DNA of 58,684 bases, from positions 10,262 to 68,945 of the forward strand of contig MQRK01238019.1 in the NCBI GenBank assembly GCA_001938485.1. The letters are read 5' to 3'. Of this stretch, positions 51,349 through 58,684 are shown piece after piece (the first letter of the stretch is position 1; every line of letters starts with the position of its first letter). A program made the position numbers and the translations under genes. The notes beneath the pieces are model-generated. The model was given only the letters and a program-made list of their open reading frames with translations. It did not search any database and was not told the origin of the DNA. This stretch comes from Girardia tigrina. Taxonomy: Eukaryota.

Positions 51349-53799
51349 AATAATATTTATATATTGTAATATATACATATTATGTTGGTGTTCTAAAAAA
51401 TATAAATTAAATTTTTAAAAATCTAATTAAAAATTTTAAAATAATTTGCTGGTTAAAATTAATAATTTTTTGATTATTATAATAGTATTTTAATAAAATT
51501 TATAAAATATTTGTAAATATTTTGAGATTTGTTTTAGTTATTCAATTTTCAAGGTTAGAAAAAATTAGTATATAAGCAATAGCTATTTCAGTTACAGTCG
51601 CCCATTTGATCACTCGAAGAAAAAATTATTTTCAAAAATTTTATGCGTGGTAATTTGCTTGTTAACTTATATTATTATTTTTTTTAAAACCCAAGAAATT
51701 ATAGAAAGTTTTTTAGTATCTTGTAAAGGAGAAAATAAGCTTTTAAAATAAATTGAAATATTACGGAAGTATCAGTATCCTGTAAAGGAGAAGATAAGTT
51801 TTAAAATAAATCATTCTAGCATCGCTCGAACTAAAAGTTGTTGTAACTGTATAATCGAAGTTTTAATCTTTGAATTATAGTGTACTGATAGAGTTGAATT
51901 TATATTTGTAATTCAATTGTAGTTTGCAGAATAAATTATTATTAAAAGGTCTTGTTTCATTCTTCATATATTATTGTTGGAAGAAACCTTTTGTTCATTT
52001 GGAGTCAGATTAATAGTTGATTATAAATTTAAAAATAAAACGAGATTTTAATTGTATACCCAACAATTATATCATTAAATATATTTTCCAAAACTATCAT
52101 TACAAAATATAATTCTTTCAATTATTGGATTACCTAAATATTAAATAATAAAATCAAATACAAATTTTTCTATAATAATGAACTTTTACAAAAATGTAAT
52201 TTAATATTTTTAAACTTTTATGTACGAATAAAAAAAATGAATAAACATTTTTTGTCTTTTATTTCTAAAATAATACATTTCACACTTTTAAAAGCAAATC
52301 GAAAAATTCATTGAAAAAAAAGAAGAAAAACATTAAGTCTATTTGATTTTATGAAATTTAAGATTTTTTAAAAGAAAGTTAAAATTTCAGTCAACAATAT
52401 ATTTTTCCTTCTTTTACAAAAGAATCATAAGAAGAATTTGTCAATGGATTTCTGTGAATGTTGTATGAGCAATGGGTCTTTTTTTAAAATATTTTTTATG
52501 TTGAAGAGATTTTATTTTTAATTTTTTTTCAGAAAAAAATATGAGTTGATTAAAGATATGACAATTTTCAATTATCTCAATCGTTATTTTGCAAAATATT
52601 TTCCGACAATCTTTTAATGATCTCTTTAAAAACTGAATTCTTTTATCTTTTCATTTATTATTTTTTTTAAAAATCTGAAAATGAAATAAATTATTTCTTT
52701 TATTAAATTTTTAATTAATTTATTTATTATTAGACAAAAACAGAAACGTTTGATTATTAAATGTATTTTATTTTGAATTTTCATATAAAATAATAAAATA
52801 AATTTTAAAATATTGTATTCGATACATTTTATAATTATTATTCGTAAATTTCTCCATTAGTGAGTATTTATATGGATTTTCGATTTTATATATTAAAATA
52901 AATAAAAGTTTACAAAAGACAAAAGTGATAAAATATATTGTGCTCAAGATGTTCAATTATTAAAGTTTTTCGGAAGTCTCAAAAGTGTTTGTTGAATATT
53001 TATAATATAATTCTTGCATATTTTGCGACTAAATTTGGTCCTTGTAATGATAGATAAAGTCGAAATTACATGTTTTTTATCAGTTTCACACGACAAATAA
53101 GTAAAACATTTTTCATTTAACTTTCATATATTTTAAGAGTTATTTATACACCGTACATTTTATCAGAATATAAATGATCATATTAAAATTTCAGCGTGAC
53201 CGAAAAACCGTGATTCAGATGATTACGAAATTTTAACAAATTTATACTATGGTGCGGTCAATAAGTTTTGAGGCTTAACAAGAAAAAAACGTCGAAATTT
53301 TTATTACCGAATTATAACACTAGAGAGGTTCATTATCAACATGAAGACCATTATTGAATTTTAAAAATGTTTCTATAAGTGATTGATTTCTTATATTTAG
53401 AATGATGCCATCTACATAGTCTTCATCTTAATATTAAATTCACAACAGACTTGGAAGTCCATAATAAACCTCCTTTCTTTGTAACTTTGGGGATATCTAA
53501 CTTAATTGTAAAGAGAAACAACATAATATACAGCTCCCTGTACTCAAAATTTCAAGTTCCTTCATCCTCTAAATCCCTATGTGATCGTCGGACAATTGTT
53601 TTAGTAAATCTGGTATACATATTTATATTTATGAAAAATAATTTAGTTAAAGCTTTTTAAGAAATTAAAGAATAAAACATAATTGAATAATATAGTAAAA
53701 CATTTTCTTAGAATAAAAGTATTAATAAGAAATTTGAGCAACTGTCGAAATGTATGTGTTCAAAACCAGCTAAATTTAATGAGTTAACAAAAAACATAT

Positions 53800-55140
53800 A
53801 GTTGGTCATCGACTTCACCGCATACTTTCAGTAATTGAGACCGTGTAGTGCCAAGTCACAGAGGTTCATTACTGATCCCCTTGATTTCTAATGAATTTGC
53901 AATAAGGGATAGCTTTGATTTCAAAGATTTCCTTTTGAATCAGTTACATATAGGCGACTCTGAATGTGTAGTTTATTTACGAAAGTGCTCACCGACAAAA
54001 CAATTAATTTATGTAAAAATTATGGGATGACAGTTCTGACTCTGTGAAAGAATTATTGGACAAACAGGCCCTGAATAACTTCTTAAATTTTCTTCAAAAA
54101 ATGTAACAATTTTTAACGACATTTTTAAGAAAGATGGAGTAGCAATGGGTATCCCATAAATACCATCGTTGACATAAATGTTTAAGAAGTCTTATGAGAA
54201 TAAAATTTAAACATGCCCAGAGCAAAAATCTGAGCTTGTACTAAAGATGTGTACATTAAATCTTTCTTGTTTTCAAAAATTCTTAAAAATCATGAATGGT
54301 TTTCATCATAATATTAAACTCCCTACAGAATTGAAAGTAAATTATGACATTCTTTCTAAGTTAGAAGAATTTAGAATTTGTTTTTTGCTGTTGAAATTGC
54401 AGGTTATAGTTCAAATATTCTTAGAAGACGCTTGAGGGACATGTTTACAAACAAAAAAATGATCAAAACATAAAGTTTTCATTGAAAAAAAATGATATGC
54501 ACAAACATGAGTTAAGAAAGGATTAAAAGAAGAAGCATTGAAGAGCAAAACAAATCATTTAAATACAATCATTAGAAGAAATTCAGAAGAGTATTTTCAA
54601 GAATATTAATAATGTCAAAGAATTATCAATGACAACTAAAATTCAAAGCTTCCTCTCAAAAAAGTAGAAACCAATTTTTGGTTTGCAAGCTAATCTGGTT
54701 TTAAAATTTAATATTTACGATTGTAAAAACTCGAAAACTGGAGAGACAAATCGTCATCTTAAAACCCGGATTAGTGAACACGGACATTCGAGTCGATCGA
54801 GTAAGGCTCTTGATCATTGGTTATGTTATAAATATATAATCTCTTCTATTTAAAAGGATGAGTTTTCTGTTCTACAAAAGGCCTTCGATTTACATTATGA
54901 TTGGCAGTTTTGTGAATCATTATTGAATAAGACACTACAACCAAATAATTCATATTCAAAGTGGACAAATTTAAGCTGTTTAAATTCTAAAAATCTAATT
55001 AAAGAAATATTTTTTGCTATTAATATATCTTAAAAAGATGAAACATATTTATAAATATTCGATTTAAAACATTCAAATATTTTACACATTTAATTATACT
55101 TATTGATGATGAAGTATGAAACTTTAAAACATCCTTCATA
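53800..55140 (+). mobile_element. Decayed Penelope-like retroelement (RT + GIY-YIG + pLTR)
   Basis: LIPLISNEFAIRDSFDF, DGVAMG.P, FLKIMNGFHHNIK, GETNRHLKTRISEH, CESLL..LQP; decayed hammerhead TTGATGA-T-GAAG..CTTT-AAAAC at 55103. Confidence 0.85.
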
Positions 55141-55316
55141 AGCATTTTCTTAATAAAGCTTTAACGAAATTATTTTTGAAACATAAAATTAGCATTCACA
55201 AAATATATATGTTTATGTATTCATTTCTTGACTTCTTTGACATCACATTTTCAAAAAAATATTTTTATTCTATTTTAATGTTATTTAAAGCTATTTTAAC
55301 AAAATATGTAACTAAC

Positions 55317-55381
55317 TTCCTTTAGATTACTGTCTACATCGAGCTGAACATTTCCTGCTTTGTAGATTTTTTTTGAATATC
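55317..55381 (-). CDS. Candidate upstream coding exon of the SSFV gene (YSKKIYKAGNVQLDVDSNLKE)
   Basis: TTTTAATGCAG acceptor, GTTAGT donor, 65 nt, phase 1 to 0, joins 44247 in frame. Confidence 0.55.
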
Positions 55382-56029
55382 CTGCATTAAAAGAAAAAAA
55401 TTATCATAATTTTTCGTTACACAAAAAATTCAGATAAATATTTGATAAATAAAAAAATTTAAAATAATTATTTTTATTATTTTAATAATAAATTAGATAA
55501 ACAAGAATATAATTATAATCTTAACAAAATAATGATTATTATTATGTTGATAATTGTTATAATATTTGTTATTATTATAACATTTATTTTTACAATTGTT
55601 TCTTGCAACGACGACTTTATGTTAATAATAAAAATATTTTACTCTATATAATTTTTAACCAGAACTAGAAAAATGCAATAATAAAAATTAAAAAATCCAT
55701 TATTTATATATCTATTATCGTTTTATAATTGGTAAATATTCTTAATAAATTAGTGAGGAAGAAATGCTTTTAATAAATTATAATTTGATTATCCATATTG
55801 CAGATTTATATTTTTGTAAATATTTATTTATTTTTATTTTTATTGATAAGAAAGATTCTCAAGATTATCGTACTTTCATAACGATATTTTATTACTAGAT
55901 TTTACAGAACTTATTATTGTAAATATTGAACTTAATATTGCAGTAAATTATTATAATTTTTATTTATTAAAATCAAATGTAATATATAATATATGTCTAA
56001 AATGTTATTTTGCTTATTTGTTGGTTTAT

Positions 56030-56527
56030 CGATCACGCTATGATCAAAATACAAAATTGCGTAGGACCCGGAGCGAATCCACTTAAGTATATGATCAATC
56101 GGGATAGTCCGAATCGATATGGTTCTGTCGGTACAGCGCCTTCGCCGACGAAATCGACCGAAATCCGTGCATGTCGTTAAATTGTTAAATCAACACCGAT
56201 TTCGAATAATGCTGATTATGATGTTTCCTACAAGGAATCTCGTGAAGATTTTAATGAAAATACAAATAAAATATTAATTCAATTGATAAATGACGATTTC
56301 TATCACTCATTTACTAATTAGATTGCTAAAAATAAATTTAGTATAAATGTAGCAAAATTTCTTAATCATCTGAATCACGGTTTGCGGTCACGCTCAAAGT
56401 TTACTATGATCACATACATTCTGATAAAATGCGAAGTGGCAGATGACCCGAAGCGAATCCACTTAAGAATGTGATCAATCTGGATAGCCCGCATCAAGAC
56501 GGTTCTGCCAATAATGCACCTTCGGCA
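56030..56527. repeat. Two diverged copies of a ~90-bp GC-richer repeat (56061-56147, 56441-56527); adjacent block also at 53155-53249 inverted
   Basis: GACCCG.AGCGAATCCACTTAAG.AT.TGATCAATC.GGATAG shared; TCATCTGAATCACGGTTT..GGTCACGCT is the reverse complement of 53190-53225. Confidence 0.75.
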
Positions 56528-56712
56528 AAAGACTTATTGTTTTTTTAATTAGTTTAGCTCCCTTATTTCTTATTTCTTATTTTAAAATTTTAACTAAATA
56601 TTTTTTAAAATATCCGTTTTAATTAATTTAAACTTTTTAGTTTGCGATTTTTTATTTATTTTAATTATTATATAATTTTTAAGGTTTTTAATACTGTCTG
56701 GTTCTTCTATTG

Positions 56713-57600
56713 TCAGTATGGAGTCCATTGTACTTTCTCTTCTCTCATCTCAACCCGCTTAAGTATGTGGATCACTGGGCATCTTACATCTCTATGAAAT
56801 GCCCATTGCACCGAGCACGCTGTTGCAATTTTCCCAAAAGTCTTTGGTTGGATCTTTAGACTTGTCAGAATACTTGTACTGAGCTTTGGCCAAGTTCCGA
56901 TACACCCTACCTGGATGGTGTGGAGCAGTATAGATGTATTCGACATGGTCATTCTACATGCAATAGCCAAGGACTCGTAGTGATCCAAGTTCTTGGTATT
57001 GCTGTGCTCCATATTTTTCTACGTGTCATATGGACAATTGACATCTATGAGGTACACAGTGTTCTGTCCTGGGACTATTATTTGCAGGTCTGTCCGTTTT
57101 AGCGACGGAATATATGCAGACAAAGCATCTATATGTATTTCATAGTCTAAGTGTTATGAAAATTGTTTCACCACAAATTACAAGACCCCATTATGTCGGT
57201 ACTTTTTAAACTCTACACTATAAGGACACTCAGTCAAAACATGACCAGAGTCTCCTTATTGTGTGGACATCTTCTACTGTATCCGCCATCAATACGAATA
57301 CCATGTCGGTAGTTGGTGGGCACTGTATATGTCACTGCCTTGTGAAAAAAGTACCCTTCAATATAATAAAGTCCTCCTCCATATACCGCATCGTGAAAAC
57401 TAACGGTGGAGATTAGACTTCTTGCAAATCTACCGACACTGCTCTGTTTGAGCAATTTGTGTGTCCATGACTTTTCTATTAACCTTCTAAGTGTCCTTGA
57501 CAGACTTTTTTGAGAATCGGCGTGAGCAGTATGTTTTCATCGGTGAAGTCCCTTATTATATCTGTGTCTCCATTCTCCAACCTTCTTTCCCAGACCAGAC
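56713..57600 (-). mobile_element. 3' fragment of an RLE-type non-LTR retrotransposon (NeSL/R2 group)
   Basis: Zinc knuckle SRRCPHNKETLVHVLTEC, RHN, RTDLQI..YLIDVNCPYD, Y.SL and IQVGCIGTW; stops and frameshifts. Confidence 0.85.
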
Positions 57601-58575
57601 TCTGGTGTACATGAAGACTACCTGAACAATCAAATACTTACACAGAATCCTGAAATTATCAATATTAGCATCACATTTCATTTTTTCCTATGTTCTTCAA
57701 TATTGCTCTTCGTACTCACCTCTTTTGTCAGAACAGATAGATGAAAGGAACGAAGAATTAATATTTAAAAGTTTTTTATTTTTATACATTATTCAAACAT
57801 TAAAATTAATATTTACAAAAATTATTTCTGAATATTTATTTCTGGATTGAGAATTTTATGTTACAAAAATAAAGAAATTCATTTTTGATAAATTTGAAAT
57901 TCAATTAAAAATATTTTTTTCATTATTTTTATTTATAAAAGATTATTTTTTTGTACTTGTGGTTCTTTTAATTGTTTTTTTTATTTCGTTGAAATAAGAT
58001 ATTTAATAATATTTTTTATCAAAATTATCTTTCGATGTCCTTTCATATTCTTTATTTTAATTAATAAAATAATGTTTTATAAAATTATTTAAACTTAATA
58101 CTTAATATTTTAAATAATTTAATCTAAAATTTCTTCCGCTATATTTTATTGTATGAAATATTTTAAAATATTTTGAAAATTCCCTTAATAAATTTTAAAC
58201 ATTAAAATTCAAAAATTTTAGTGAGTTCCTCCAAATCTTAACAGTGGCTACAGAATGAAAAACACTTATAGAATCGAAAATATATTCCAAGATAACTTCG
58301 AAAAACTATCGATTTAATACTAGATATAATAAAAAATTTTAAATAATTTTAAATAAAAATTATTCTCAGTAAAAAAATAATAATATGTTTCATTTGGAAG
58401 ACCATTTGTTGGTTAATAATTATTATATAAATGACTTTCAACATCTAATTTCTAAGATGTTTATTCTAGGCTTATAGAAGTCGATGATTTTACGATTTTG
58501 ATATAGTTAATATCACTTGTTCACTTCCGAAATAGGACACTTTCATATTTAAACATTCTTCATGAATCCACATAC

Positions 58576-58684
58576 AGGGTGCGGCAGCTATTTGAGAACA
58601 AAATGACATAAAGTTCAAAAAATGAATATACAACAGAAAAATAACATTTATTACAATTTAAAATTTTACATATATTAACACGTA
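58576..58684. mobile_element. Probable Tc1/mariner-type terminus at the window edge
   Basis: TA|CAGGGTGCGGCAG start only. Confidence 0.4.

Noticed and set aside
57642-57760. 8-nt microexon (TTTCAG/GTAAGT) plus a GTGAGT donor 70 nt upstream
   Set aside because: The upstream piece has no credible acceptor and the phases do not fit the 55381 exon without a stop

Overview
Very AT-rich eukaryotic (animal) genomic DNA with (AT)n/(CA)n microsatellites and N gaps. The composition and transposon mix would fit a freshwater planarian, but that is inference only. Most recognisable sequence is decayed transposable elements: several mariners (one near-intact), DD41D Tc1/mariner elements, a MuDR/MULE-SWIM derivative with a nested mariner, Merlin, hAT and pogo-type MITEs, Ty3/Gypsy pol fragments and solo LTRs, an RTE 3' end, an RLE-type (NeSL/R2-group) non-LTR 3' fragment, and four Penelope-like (PLE) remnants. 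Minimal hammerhead ribozyme motifs occur at PLE 3' ends. Host content is sparse. Three phase-compatible minus-strand exons (55317-55381, 44175-44247, 39071-39525) encode a C-terminal tail ending in SSFV, and a separate candidate last exon (3455-3672) has a hydrophobic, GPI-signal-like end. The most notable structures are a 422-bp palindromic PLE mini-element with two outward-facing hammerheads, a solo LTR carrying four tandem hairpins inside a DD41D transposase, an RLE retroelement end sharing a motif with two adjacent repeats, and an unexplained CpG-rich structured island. No clearly novel multi-gene system is demonstrable from the sequence alone.
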